Positions 37,041-46,568 of a stretch of DNA of 64,000 nucleotides are shown piece by piece; position 1 is the stretch's first letter; each line of letters begins with the position of its first letter. Made by a program: the position numbers and the translations under genes. Origin of the DNA: an uncultured Acidobacteriaceae bacterium (GTDB taxonomy: Bacteria; Acidobacteriota; Terriglobia; Acidiferrales; UBA7541); assembly GCA_964542805.1 (NCBI GenBank), contig CAZIWR010000001.1, positions 2,600-66,599 of the forward strand, read 5' to 3'. The notes under the pieces are model-generated. The model was not told where the DNA came from. It did not search any database and saw only the letters and a program-made list of their open reading frames with translations.

Positions 37041-37823
37041 ATGATTGATATTCACTGCCATCTTCTCCCCGGTCTGGACGACGGTCCCGACACCCTCGAG
37101 GAGTCCCTGCAGATGGCCGAAATGGCCATCATTGACGGAATCACCCACGTCATCGCTACCCCTCACGCTAACGACACCTATCCGTTCCTTCCCGAAATGG
37201 TGCAAAAGCGCCGAGATGAAATTCAGGCCCACATCGGCAATCGTCTCGTTCTTGCCACAGGCTGCGATTTTCATCTCAGCTTCGAGAACATTCAGGACCT
37301 CCGCAAGAACCCCGCGAAGTACACCCTCAACCAGAAAAACTACCTACTGATCGAGTTTGCCGACTTCTCCATTCCGCCCACCATCGACAACACGCTGCAC
37401 GAGCTGCATCTCTCCGGCCTGCGCCTCATCGTCACCCATCCCGAGCGCAATGCGCTGATCCGCGCCAACCCTGCGCGGCTCGCCGGCTGGGTCCGCCAGG
37501 GATGCCGCGTGCAAGTGACCGCGCTTTCGCTGCTCGGCCGCTTTGGCCGCTCCGCGCAGGAATTCGCGGAATGGCTACTGGATCACGACGCCATTCACTT
37601 CATAGCCAGCGATGCGCACAACACCTCTGCGCGTGGCCGCCCGCTTCTGCTGCGCGACGCCTTTAACTTCGTCGCCGAACGCCGCGGCGCTCCCGTGGCT
37701 CGCGCGCTGTTCCACGACAACCCGCTGGCCGCCTTCGAGGGCCGCCCGTTGCCCTATTCCCCCGACCCGCCCGACGTCGAAGCCCCCGCCCGCCCGAAAC
37801 GCAAACGCTTCTGGTTTTTCTGA
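37041..37823 (+). CDS. PHP-family (CpsB/YwqE-type) protein-tyrosine phosphatase
   Basis: Track ORF 36846..37823 trimmed to MIDIHCHLLPGLDDGP (hallmark CpsB N-terminus). ATPH, THPER and ASDAHN are the metal-binding motifs. Confidence 0.85.
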   Translation: MIDIHCHLLPGLDDGPDTLEESLQMAEMAIIDGITHVIATPHANDTYPFLPEMVQKRRDEIQAHIGNRLVLATGCDFHLSFENIQDLRKNPAKYTLNQKNYLLIEFADFSIPPTIDNTLHELHLSGLRLIVTHPERNALIRANPARLAGWVRQGCRVQVTALSLLGRFGRSAQEFAEWLLDHDAIHFIASDAHNTSARGRPLLLRDAFNFVAERRGAPVARALFHDNPLAAFEGRPLPYSPDPPDVEAPARPKRKRFWFF

Positions 37824-37916
37824 TTCCGGCGTGGACGCTGAAAAACTTTTTCTCCTTCGTTACACTTTTCTGTGCTCTCCGCGCCTCTGCGGACTCGGTG
37901 TCAAAGTTTTTGCTTT

Positions 37917-37950
37917 TCAATCTGTATTCATCTGTGTTCATCTGTGATTC
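37917..37950. repeat. Short intergenic repeat, tandem TTCATCTGTG x2 (CATCTGTG family)
   Basis: AATCTGTATTCATCTGTGTTCATCTGTGATTCC lies just upstream of wecB. Related copies occur at 41206-41224, 45036-45052 and 57132-57148. Confidence 0.7.
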
Positions 37951-37955
37951 CATAA

Positions 37956-39164
37956 ATGTCCGCTCCGCGCAAACTCCGTCTCCTGCTCGTCGCCGGCGCC
38001 CGGCCCAATTTCGTCAAGATCGCGCCGCTCATGGACGCCCTGCGCGCCCGCGCCGACCGCGCGGAAACTCTTCTCGTGCACACCGGGCAGCACTACGACG
38101 AAGCGGTCTCCAAATCCTTTTTCGACCAGCTGGGCATCCCGCGCCCCGACGTTAATCTCGAAGTCGGCTCCGGCTCGCACGCCAGACAGACCGCTGAAGT
38201 GATGACCCGCTTCGAGCCCGTCGTCCTGGACTGGAAGCCCGACGTGGTCGTGGTCGTCGGCGACGTCAACTCCACGGTGGCCTGCGCGCTGGTCGCCGCC
38301 AAGCTCGGCGTGCGCGTGGCCCACGTCGAATCCGGCCTGCGCAGCTTCGACCGCACCATGCCCGAAGAAATCAATCGCCTGCTCACCGACGCCATCTCCG
38401 ATTTTCTGTTTGTCACCGAACCCAGCGGCATGGAAAACCTGCAGCGCGAAGGTGTCGCGCCGGAGAAGATTCATCTCGTCGGCAACGTGATGATTGATTC
38501 GCTCAAAAAATTTCTGCCCATCGCCAAACAATCCTCCGCCCTGCGCGAATTCCATCTCCTCCCGTCGAAAACCGCTGGCAACATGCCCTGGGCGGATTCT
38601 TCCTACGGCTCGCTGCCCGGCGCGCGCCCTCTGCCCTTCGCGCTGCTCACTCTCCACCGCCCGTCCAATGTGGACGACGCGGAATCGCTCGGCAAACTTC
38701 TCGACGTGCTCAACGAAATCGGCCGCGACCTCCCCGTGCTGTTTCCCGTGCACCCGCGCACCCGCGAACGCCTGGACCGCTTCGGCCTCACCCGCTTTGC
38801 GCGCACCGCATGGACCCACGAAGAGCTCGTCCACAAACACGCCTGCGTCCTGCTCACTCCGCCCGTCGGCTATCTCGAATTCCTCCACCTGATGAGCGAA
38901 GCCACTTTCGTCCTCACCGACTCCGGCGGCATCCAGGAAGAAACCACCGCGCTCGGCATCCCCTGCATCACTTTGCGCGACAACACCGAGCGCCCCATCA
39001 CCGTTACGCAAGGCACCAATCAACTCATCGGCTCCAACCCCGAAAAAATCCTCCCCGCCGTGAAAGCCATCCTCCGCGGCGAAAGCAAACCCGGCTGCGT
39101 CCCCGACTTGTGGGACGGCGCCGCCGCCCAACGCATCATCGCCATCCTCCTGCAATCTTCGTAG
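37956..39164 (+). CDS. wecB: UDP-N-acetylglucosamine 2-epimerase (non-hydrolysing)
   Basis: GARPNFVKIAPL, HTGQHYD, VGDVNST, HVESGLRSFDRTMPEEINR and TDSGGIQEE are canonical WecB motifs. Confidence 0.9.
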   Translation: MSAPRKLRLLLVAGARPNFVKIAPLMDALRARADRAETLLVHTGQHYDEAVSKSFFDQLGIPRPDVNLEVGSGSHARQTAEVMTRFEPVVLDWKPDVVVVVGDVNSTVACALVAAKLGVRVAHVESGLRSFDRTMPEEINRLLTDAISDFLFVTEPSGMENLQREGVAPEKIHLVGNVMIDSLKKFLPIAKQSSALREFHLLPSKTAGNMPWADSSYGSLPGARPLPFALLTLHRPSNVDDAESLGKLLDVLNEIGRDLPVLFPVHPRTRERLDRFGLTRFARTAWTHEELVHKHACVLLTPPVGYLEFLHLMSEATFVLTDSGGIQEETTALGIPCITLRDNTERPITVTQGTNQLIGSNPEKILPAVKAILRGESKPGCVPDLWDGAAAQRIIAILLQSS

Positions 39165-39222
39165 GGGCGCACATGCCTGCCCTGAGCCAGCCGAAGGGCG
39201 TGTGCGCCCTCCCAAAAAACAA

Positions 39223-39242
39223 CGGGCGGCTTTCGCCGCCCG
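39223..39242. terminator. Bidirectional intrinsic-terminator-like hairpin between convergent wecB and the HMT/MTHFR gene
   Basis: CGGGCGGC-TTTC-GCCGCCCG is an 8-bp GC stem. An A6 run lies upstream (39214-39219), which gives a T-run on the minus strand. A T-rich CATTTCGAGTTTCG lies downstream. Confidence 0.6.
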
Positions 39243-39264
39243 CATTTCGAGTTTCGACTTCCGC

Positions 39265-41106
39265 TTATCCGAAAATTTCTAAAATCTCCTCATACCTCTT
39301 GAACGGTGGAATCAAATACGCTCCCGCCAGTTCCGTCTTGGCCCAATCCAGCATGCGCCGCGCCAGCAAGAACCCGCGCGCGCGCGCCTCGGTTCCCGCC
39401 GCTTCCAATTCTTTTTGCACGTTTTCCGGAATCACGATCCCCGGCACTTCGTTGTTCAGCCGCAGCGCTTGCTTGTAGCTGATCAGCGGCCACACGCCGA
39501 CCATCACTGGAATCGGGCATTTTCCGCCAATCTTTTTCACGAACGCGTGCCAGTGCTCCGGATCAAACAGCGGCTGGGTCATCGCGAAATGCGCCCCGGC
39601 CTCCACTTTCGCCATGAAGCGTTCGATTTCTTCGTCGAGGTTGTCTGCCACGGGGTTGACCGCCACGCCGATGGAAAAATTCGTTGCGCCGCCGAGCGTT
39701 TTGCCCGCCCAGTCCATGCCCTGATTCAGCCGCGCCAGAATTTTCACCAGGCCGATGGAGTCCACTTCGTACACTCCGCTGGTTTCCGGGTGGTCGCCCA
39801 GCGACGGCGGGTCGCCGGTAATCGCCAGCACGTTGCGCACGCCGCCCACCGACCACGCTCCCAGCAGCGCCGCCTGCAAGCCGATGATGTTCAAGTCGCG
39901 CGTGGTGAGGTGCGGAATCGTTTCCACGCCGCGCGCCTCCAGCGCCCCGCCGAGCATCAGCGCGTCCATGCCCACACGCGCCAGCGTTCCGCTGTTGATG
40001 TCGATGGCGTCCACTTTTCCCGACGCCATCACTTTCTCCACCTGCTCGAATATTCTCTCCAGTGACACGCCCTTCGGCGGATCAATCTCCACGCTGGTGA
40101 CGAACTTCTTCTGCTGAATTTTCTTCCACAGCTTGCTTTCCGGTTCGTGGACCACGCGTGCTTTCGGCGCGGCCGCCGCCACGCTGCTGGGCGTGTGCCC
40201 TGCGTGCCTCGACGGGTGAAGATCCTTCACCGCTTCGGCGATGGCATGGATGTGCGCCGGCGTGGTGCCGCAGCAGCCGCCCAGGATGCGCACGCCCAGC
40301 GCCGCCGCCTCGCGCGCAAACATCGAAAAATATTCCGGCGACGACTTCGGATACACCACGCGGTCGCCCACGCGCTTGGGGAAGCCCACGTTGGGCATCC
40401 CGCTCACGCCCGCGATGGTGCCGGCCTCCAGCCCGCAAAACTCCTCCAGGATGGGCATCAGCGCCTGCGGCCCCAGTGTGCAGTTCGCGCCGATCACTTG
40501 CACATCCTTCTTGCTTAGCCGCTGCCAGGCGTCCGCCGGCGTGGTGCCGCCGAACGTGGTGGCTTCTTCGGAAAATGTCAGCTCCGCCACAATCGGCAGC
40601 CGCGAAAATCCGCGGACGGCGTCAATCGCGGCGATCAGCTCCTCGATGTCGGAAAAAGTTTCCAGCACAAATAAATCCACGCCGCGCTCTTCCAGCGCCT
40701 GCGCCTGCTCGCGGAAGATGTCGCGGATTTCCTCAACCGGCAACGGGTTCACCTGCCGCGTAGCGCCCAGCGGCCCGACGGACCCGGCGATGAGCACTTC
40801 GCGCGCCGCCGCCTCGCGCGCTTCGCGGGCCACTTTCACGCCGCGGTGATTCAGCCGCGCTACGCTTTCGCCCAGGCCCAGCAGCCCGAGCTTGTAGCGG
40901 TTGGCGCCGAAGGTATTCGTCTCGATGATTTGCGCGCCGGCCTGGATGTACGCCTGGTGCACGCGGAAGACGGCTTCCGGCTCCGTGGCGTTCAGCTCGT
41001 CGAAGCAGCGCTGCGGCCCCAGCGACTCGTACAGCATCGAGCCCATCGCCCCATCCGCGACGAGAATCGCGTCCTTCAACCTCGCATTGAAATCTTCAAT
41101 CCTCAT
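39265..41106 (-). CDS. Bifunctional homocysteine S-methyltransferase / 5,10-methylenetetrahydrofolate reductase (YitJ-like)
   Basis: 613 aa. N-terminal Hcy-binding domain (ILVADGAMGSML...ETNTFGAN...GGCCGTTPAHI) and a C-terminal MetF-like TIM barrel (FVTSVEIDPPKG...ITGDPP). Confidence 0.85.
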   Translation of the reverse strand: MRIEDFNARLKDAILVADGAMGSMLYESLGPQRCFDELNATEPEAVFRVHQAYIQAGAQIIETNTFGANRYKLGLLGLGESVARLNHRGVKVAREAREAAAREVLIAGSVGPLGATRQVNPLPVEEIRDIFREQAQALEERGVDLFVLETFSDIEELIAAIDAVRGFSRLPIVAELTFSEEATTFGGTTPADAWQRLSKKDVQVIGANCTLGPQALMPILEEFCGLEAGTIAGVSGMPNVGFPKRVGDRVVYPKSSPEYFSMFAREAAALGVRILGGCCGTTPAHIHAIAEAVKDLHPSRHAGHTPSSVAAAAPKARVVHEPESKLWKKIQQKKFVTSVEIDPPKGVSLERIFEQVEKVMASGKVDAIDINSGTLARVGMDALMLGGALEARGVETIPHLTTRDLNIIGLQAALLGAWSVGGVRNVLAITGDPPSLGDHPETSGVYEVDSIGLVKILARLNQGMDWAGKTLGGATNFSIGVAVNPVADNLDEEIERFMAKVEAGAHFAMTQPLFDPEHWHAFVKKIGGKCPIPVMVGVWPLISYKQALRLNNEVPGIVIPENVQKELEAAGTEARARGFLLARRMLDWAKTELAGAYLIPPFKRYEEILEIFG

Positions 41107-41117
41107 TGGTTTTTCTT

Positions 41118-41144
41118 GTCATCCTGAGCGGAGCGAAGGATCTC
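41118..41144. repeat. Intergenic repeat GTCATCCTGAGCGGAGCGAAGGATCTC
   Basis: Only one copy is in this window. I recall near-identical elements (translating as VILSxAKDL) recurring in intergenic DNA of soil-bacterial genomes. That is unverified recollection. Confidence 0.4.
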
Positions 41145-41239
41145 TCCTCCAGTTCAGAATTTTGGCATCCATCTGCGATCTTTTCCGCTGGTGAATTGCC
41201 AGCGAAATCTGCGTTCATCTGTGGACAAAAAGTTTTTTC

Positions 41240-42628
41240 CTACCGCACTTGCTCCACCAGCCCCGCAATGGTCCCCATCAAATCGTATTTCGTCAGTATT
41301 TCGTACTGTCCGCCGCCCATGTCCACGAACACGGCGGGGCTCTCGTGGCCCAGCAGGTGGGTCAACCGCTCCACCGGCGCGTCCTTCGGCACGGTGGGCA
41401 GCGCCTTGCCCATCACTTCGCGGATCACCAGCTTGCGCAGATCTTTTCCTTGCAGCGCGAGATTCAGGATCTGGTCCTCGAAGATCGTGCCGATCAGCGC
41501 GCTCTCCTCGAAGACGGGGAGTTGCGAGATGTCCTGCCCCTGCATCACGCGCAGCGCGTGGAACACCGTCTGATACGGCCGCGCGATTTGCAGTTCGCGT
41601 GTTTTTCCTTGCGCGTGCTTCACGCGCACCACATCTTCCGCGCGCAGCGCCGTTTTCGCGTCCACGTACGCATGGTCGCGCATCCATTCGTCGTTGTACA
41701 CGTTGGAGAGGTAGCGCATCCCTGTGTCCGGCAGAAAGGCCACTACGCAGGCCGTGGGGGGCAGCGTCCGCGCCAGGTTCAGCGCCGCGGACACGCATCC
41801 GCCGCACGACCCGCCGGTGAAGATGCCTTCCATTTTCGCCAGCCGCCGCGTGTACACGAAGCACTCCTCGTCGCCCACCTGCACCACGTCATCGAGCAGC
41901 GAAAAATCCAGCGTGTCGTGCAGGCTGTCGCCGCCGATGCCTTGCACCACGTACGTCGTCCCCTTGATCATTTTTTTGCTTTTGAAGTAGTCGAAGTAAA
42001 TCGACCCGACGGGGTCCACGCCGACAATCTGAATCTTCGGATTTTTTTCCTTCAGGAATTGCGCGATGCCCGTGGTTGTGCCGCCGGTGCCCAGCCCGCA
42101 GACGAAGTGCGTGATTTTTCCGTCCGTGTCTTCCCAGATTTCCGGACCGGTCGTTTCGTAGTGCGCCCGCGGGTTGTCCGGGTTCGAATACTGGTCCGGG
42201 TAATACGAATTCGGAATCTCCTTGGCCAGCTTCTGCGCCACCTGATGGTAGTGTCGCGGGTCGGTGGGCTCCACCGCCGTGGGACACACGATCACTTCCG
42301 CGCCCACCGCTTTCAGCAGGTCAATTTTTTCTTTCGACTGCTTGTCGTTGATCGTGAACACCACTTTGTACCCGCGCACCGCCGCCACCAGCGCCAGGCC
42401 CATGCCCGTGTTCCCGCTGGTCGCTTCGATGATCGTGCCGCCCGGCTTGAGCAGGCCTTTCTTCTCCGCCGCGTCAATCATAGTGATCCCGATGCGGTCC
42501 TTCACCGAGCCGCCCGGGTTCAGGTAGTCCGCCTTCACGAACACATCGCAGGCGATGCCCTCCGCCATGCGGTTCAACTTGATGAGCGGCGTCTTGCCCA
42601 CGGCATCCAATATGCTGTTGCACTTCAT
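41240..42628 (-). CDS. Cystathionine beta-synthase-type PLP enzyme with C-terminal CBS-domain pair
   Basis: Track ORF trimmed to MKCNSILDAVGKTPLIKLN. PGGSVKDRIG (PLP Lys) and TSGNTGMGLA. The C-terminal ~130 aa have CBS-pair character. Confidence 0.85.
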   Translation of the reverse strand: MKCNSILDAVGKTPLIKLNRMAEGIACDVFVKADYLNPGGSVKDRIGITMIDAAEKKGLLKPGGTIIEATSGNTGMGLALVAAVRGYKVVFTINDKQSKEKIDLLKAVGAEVIVCPTAVEPTDPRHYHQVAQKLAKEIPNSYYPDQYSNPDNPRAHYETTGPEIWEDTDGKITHFVCGLGTGGTTTGIAQFLKEKNPKIQIVGVDPVGSIYFDYFKSKKMIKGTTYVVQGIGGDSLHDTLDFSLLDDVVQVGDEECFVYTRRLAKMEGIFTGGSCGGCVSAALNLARTLPPTACVVAFLPDTGMRYLSNVYNDEWMRDHAYVDAKTALRAEDVVRVKHAQGKTRELQIARPYQTVFHALRVMQGQDISQLPVFEESALIGTIFEDQILNLALQGKDLRKLVIREVMGKALPTVPKDAPVERLTHLLGHESPAVFVDMGGGQYEILTKYDLMGTIAGLVEQVR

Positions 42629-42768
42629 TCGCGCGCTTCTCCTCGCTTCCAACGCATGCCCTGAATCCTGATTCCTTTTCCGCCTAGTATCGCACGTCGC
42701 CCGCGCGCCTTGCCACCTTGTTACTTCCCGCCTGTTTCCGGCGTAGAATCATTGTAGAGAGGTGCCCT

Positions 42769-43251
42769 ATGCTCTCGCCGGATAATCCCCCGCTGAATCC
42801 GATGCAGCTTGCCGGAGTCTTACTCCTCGTGCCGGTCTTCTGGGGCCTGATCATGGTGGTTTTTGGCCGCGTATCCGGGTGGTTCCGCCTGGCCGAGGAC
42901 TACCGCTCCGACGACGAAATGCCATCCACGCGATTCCGTTTTCGCAGCGCCATGCTTCGCTGGGCCCATTACGGAAATTGCGTCGTGTTCGGAGTGGACC
43001 ATCGCGGTCTGCATCTCGCTTCCTTCGGACCGCTGCTTGGTCACCCACGCTTGCTCATTCCCTGGTCCGACGTTACCGTCACCCCCAAAAAAGTCTGGTG
43101 GACTCGCTGCGCCGAACTTCGTTTCCGCCGCGCCCCGGACATCCCCGTCCTCATCAGCGCGCGCCTCGCCGACAAAATCTCCTCCGCCGCCGACCCAACG
43201 TGGTCGGAAGCTTGGCATCACCCTTCCGTCCCCGCCCGCGCCGCTTCGTAG
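42769..43251 (+). CDS. Hypothetical membrane protein
   Basis: Track ORF 42718..43251, likely starting at MLSPDNPP. One TM segment (LAGVLLLVPVFWGLIMVVFG). No recognisable domain. Confidence 0.4.
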   Translation: MLSPDNPPLNPMQLAGVLLLVPVFWGLIMVVFGRVSGWFRLAEDYRSDDEMPSTRFRFRSAMLRWAHYGNCVVFGVDHRGLHLASFGPLLGHPRLLIPWSDVTVTPKKVWWTRCAELRFRRAPDIPVLISARLADKISSAADPTWSEAWHHPSVPARAAS

Positions 43252-43289
43252 CGGCCGCTGCAACATTCTTGTGAGATAATTTCCAATCG

Positions 43290-43871
43290 ATGAAGGGAAA
43301 ACAAACTGCGCTAACGCTGAAATACTTTCCGCTCACGCCTTCGCGCTGGCCCGATCTCGTCTCTCTCTTTGGCGCGCGCGGCGCCTGCGGAGGCTGCTGG
43401 TGCATGGCCTGGCGCCTGCCGCATTCGCAATGGGCCCAGCAGAAGGGAACTCGCAACCGCAACGCCCTGCGCAAAATTGTCATTGCCGGCCCGCCGCCGG
43501 GAGTGCTGGCCTACGCGGGAAGGCAGCCCATCGGCTGGTGCGCGCTCGCTCCGCGCGAACAGTACGTCGCGCTCGGCAGATCGCGCGTGCTGGCGCCGCT
43601 CGACGCACAACCCGTCTGGTCTATCTCCTGTTTTTTCGTGGAGAAATCGTTTCGCAAGCGCGGCGTTTCTGTCGCGCTGCTCCGCGCCGCCGCAGCCTTC
43701 GCCAAAAAGCGCGGCGCAAAACTTCTGGAAGGCTATCCTTACGATTACTCCGCCGGGAAAATGCCTGACGTCTTTGTCTGGACCGGCCTCCCCGGCACAT
43801 TCCTCAAGGCCGGCTTCTCCGAAGCCGCTCGCCGCTCTCCCACTCGCCCCATCCTGCGCCGCGTGCTGTAA
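43290..43871 (+). CDS. GNAT-family N-acetyltransferase
   Basis: 193 aa. FFVEKSFRKRGVSVALLRAAAAFAKKRGAKLLEGYP matches the GNAT motif A (R/Q-x-x-G-x-G/A) context. Confidence 0.7.
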   Translation: MKGKQTALTLKYFPLTPSRWPDLVSLFGARGACGGCWCMAWRLPHSQWAQQKGTRNRNALRKIVIAGPPPGVLAYAGRQPIGWCALAPREQYVALGRSRVLAPLDAQPVWSISCFFVEKSFRKRGVSVALLRAAAAFAKKRGAKLLEGYPYDYSAGKMPDVFVWTGLPGTFLKAGFSEAARRSPTRPILRRVL

Positions 43872-43919
43872 TCGTCTCGCGTTTTCCTGACCCCTGATCC
43901 CTACCCCCCGACCCGTGTC

Positions 43920-44918
43920 TTATTTCGCCCACGCCATTCCGTCCGGCTCGGTGCCCGTCTCAAACGTGCTCGCCACTTTCCGCGCGGCAATATCAATCAC
44001 GCTGACTTTGTTGGCATTCGTATTGGCCACAAACGCGCGTTTCCCGTCCGGCGTCATTTGAATGCCCACGGGCACCACGCCGACTTCGATTTTCGCCAGC
44101 AGCGCGCGCGTTTTCGCGTTGAACACGCTCACCATGTTCGACTGCGCGTTGGAGACGAACACTTCTTTCCCATTCGGCGTGAATTTCACGCGGATGGGCA
44201 TTTTTCCGCCGCTGTCGAAGCTTTCCTTCACCGCATCGCTGGCCACGTCAATCACCGAAATCGTATTCGCCCCGCGGTTGGTCACCCACACTTCTTTCCC
44301 GTCCGGCGAAATCGCGATGCCTTCCGTCCCCGCCGCGGTCACGATGGTTTTCACCGCGTCCGTTGCGCGCGTAATTACCGACACGCTTCCCGATCGAATG
44401 TTGGAGACGTACAATTTCTTCTCATCGAGTGTGGGTACCACCATGTGACTTGTTTCCTGCTCCGTCTTCCACGACTTCAATATTTTTCCGTTCGATGTCT
44501 CGATTTCGAGCACGGCCTTGTTTTCTTCCACCGTCACCCACAATCTTTTTCCGTCGCGGCTCACCACAATGCCATGCGGCCGCTTGAACTCGCCTAGCGT
44601 CCACGTCGCTGCCACCTTGCGCGCTTTCAGGTCGAGCACCGTAATCGTTTCTCCCGGCTGCTGCCGCTGCTCGCCCGGACGAACCATTCCGTACGCGCCG
44701 TAATTCGATATATAGGCCATCCGCCCGTCCGCCGACACAGCCACTTCGTGCGGCCCTTTGCCCGTCGCCAGCCGCGCCGTCACTACAAACGTCGCCGGAT
44801 TCACCAGCGCCGCCTCGTGGTCCGACTTGTTCAGCACAATCAACGTTTGCGCACTCGCCGCTCCCGCCAGCGCAACGCTTACCGCCACCAGCGCCAAAAG
44901 CATTTTCATGACTCGCAT
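43920..44918 (-). CDS. Secreted YVTN-family beta-propeller repeat protein
   Basis: Signal peptide [20 protein letters not shown]. Repeated units of the form ...P.G.A.SPDGK..YV.N...N.VSVID. Confidence 0.75.
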   Translation of the reverse strand: MRVMKMLLALVAVSVALAGAASAQTLIVLNKSDHEAALVNPATFVVTARLATGKGPHEVAVSADGRMAYISNYGAYGMVRPGEQRQQPGETITVLDLKARKVAATWTLGEFKRPHGIVVSRDGKRLWVTVEENKAVLEIETSNGKILKSWKTEQETSHMVVPTLDEKKLYVSNIRSGSVSVITRATDAVKTIVTAAGTEGIAISPDGKEVWVTNRGANTISVIDVASDAVKESFDSGGKMPIRVKFTPNGKEVFVSNAQSNMVSVFNAKTRALLAKIEVGVVPVGIQMTPDGKRAFVANTNANKVSVIDIAARKVASTFETGTEPDGMAWAK

Positions 44919-45038
44919 GGCCTCACCTCCGGCTTTTGTCCGGCCACTCTAGCACAATCGCGCGCGCAGAACCCCGCGTGCCCACTTTGCTCCTCCTATT
45001 GTCTCTTTTCTCTTTTCGTTTTCCCTTCAACTGTGTTT

Positions 45039-45052
45039 ATCTGTGGTTTCAT
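45039..45052. repeat. 14-mer ATCTGTGGTTTCAT (copy 1, upstream of ridA)
   Basis: Identical to 57135-57148. It lies 20 nt upstream of the ridA ATG. Confidence 0.7.
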
Positions 45053-45071
45053 TGTCCGAGGTGGACACGTC

Positions 45072-45461
45072 ATGCAGCGTCAAAACATCTCCAGCGGCAC
45101 CAAGTGGGAACCCATCGTCGGCTATTCGCGCGCGGTGCGCGTCGGCCCGCACGTGCACGTGTCCGGCACCACCGCCACCGACGCCGGCGGCAAAATCGTC
45201 GGTGTGGGCGACGCCTACGCGCAGGCCATGCAGACGCTGGCCAACATTGAAGCGGCGCTCAACCGCGCCGGCGCCAAACTCGCCGACGTCGTGCGCACGC
45301 GCATCTACGTTACCAACATCACCAACTGGGAAGCCATCGCCAGCGCCCACGGCAAATATTTTGCGGAAATTCGCCCGGCGACGTCCCTAGTCGAAGTTTC
45401 CCGCCTCATTGCGCCGGAGATGCTTGTCGAAATCGAAGCCGACGCATACGTGGCCGAATGA
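45072..45461 (+). CDS. ridA: RidA/YjgF/UK114-family reactive-intermediate deaminase
   Basis: Track ORF 44748..45461 trimmed to the ATG at 45072. [16 protein letters not shown]...DVVRTRIYV...[11 protein letters not shown]...VEIEADA fits the family. 129 aa. Confidence 0.85.
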   Translation: MQRQNISSGTKWEPIVGYSRAVRVGPHVHVSGTTATDAGGKIVGVGDAYAQAMQTLANIEAALNRAGAKLADVVRTRIYVTNITNWEAIASAHGKYFAEIRPATSLVEVSRLIAPEMLVEIEADAYVAE

Positions 45462-46477
45462 TGGACACCCCCGTGCGCACCTGCAACCTCTGTCTTCTCG
45501 GCTTCGGCAACGTTGGCCGCGCCTTCGCTCGTCTGCTGCTCGACAAATCCGCCGAACTTCGCGAGCGCTACGCCATTGAAGCGCGCATCACAGGTGTCGC
45601 CTCGCGACGCCTGGGCTGGCTGGCCAACCAGAGTGGTTTCGACGTAGAAAAACTTCTGGCCGGTAATTTCGCCGGCGGCACGAAGTGCGGTTTCATTCGT
45701 GAATGGCTCTCCCGCAGCCGCCCCGACGCGCTGTTTGAAATCTCCTCCGTCAACGCGCAGACCGGCCAGCCGGCCATCGACCACATCCGCGCCGCGCTCG
45801 AGCACGGCGCCCATGCCATCACCGCCAATAAAGGCGCCGTGGTCCACGGCTATGCGGCACTGCGCGACCTGGCCGCCGCGAAAGGGAAGCGTTTTCTTTT
45901 TGAAGCCTGCGTGATGGGCGGCACGCCAATTTTTTCTCTCTTCCGCGAGACGCTTCCCGCCACGCAGCTTCTGCGCTTCCGCGGCATCCTGAACTCCACC
46001 ACCAGTCTCATCCTTTCCGAAATGGAAAACGGAATCTCCTTCGACGACGCCGTGAAAAAAGCGCAAGCCCTCGGCATTGCCGAGACCGATCCCTCCGCCG
46101 ACCTCGACGGCTGGGACGCCGCCGTGAAAGTCCACGCCTTGGCCACCGTGCTGATGGACGCGCAGCTGCAGCTCGGCGACATCGCCCGCGAGAGCATTCG
46201 CGGCATTTCGCCGCAACAGGTGCTTGCCGCGCGCGCCGCCGGCAAAAAGATTCGCCTCGTCGCGCAAGCCGAAAAATCTCCCGCGGGAATTGTCGCCTCC
46301 GTGCGTCCCATGGAAATTCCCCTGGGCGATCCTCTCGCCGCCGTCAGCCCCACCGGCCTCATTCTGCATTTCGAACTCGACACGCTCCGTGACCTCGTCG
46401 TCGCCGCCGACCGCCAGGGCCCCGACACCACCGCCTATGGTTTGCTCGCCGATTTCCTTTCCGCCATCCGCACATAG
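45458..46477 (+). CDS. hom: Homoserine dehydrogenase
   Basis: ATGA overlap with rid[12 protein letters not shown] (NAD-binding), [17 protein letters not shown] and [17 protein letters not shown] are characteristic. Confidence 0.8.
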   Translation: MMDTPVRTCNLCLLGFGNVGRAFARLLLDKSAELRERYAIEARITGVASRRLGWLANQSGFDVEKLLAGNFAGGTKCGFIREWLSRSRPDALFEISSVNAQTGQPAIDHIRAALEHGAHAITANKGAVVHGYAALRDLAAAKGKRFLFEACVMGGTPIFSLFRETLPATQLLRFRGILNSTTSLILSEMENGISFDDAVKKAQALGIAETDPSADLDGWDAAVKVHALATVLMDAQLQLGDIARESIRGISPQQVLAARAAGKKIRLVAQAEKSPAGIVASVRPMEIPLGDPLAAVSPTGLILHFELDTLRDLVVAADRQGPDTTAYGLLADFLSAIRT

Positions 46478-46530
46478 TGTCGGGTTGATCCCGCCATCTT
46501 TGTCGACCCTTGATCCCTCTTCCGAATTTG

Positions 46531-46551
46531 ACTATCAACTATCCACTATCG
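46531..46551. repeat. Three tandem heptamers ACTATCN
   Basis: ACTATCA ACTATCC ACTATCG lies 18 nt upstream of the cassette's methyltransferase ATG (46569). A TGATCCCT motif at 46511-46518 also occurs at 43895-43902 and 58252-58259. Confidence 0.7.
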
Positions 46552-46568
46552 CCTATAAACTTTCCCCG

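Noticed and set aside
37938-39245. 435-aa minus-strand ORF
   Set aside because: It is antisense to wecB, which has canonical motifs. Gly/Asp/Ala-rich shadow.
41249-42664. 471-aa plus-strand ORF
   Set aside because: It is antisense to the cystathionine beta-synthase-like gene. Arg/His/Val-rich shadow.
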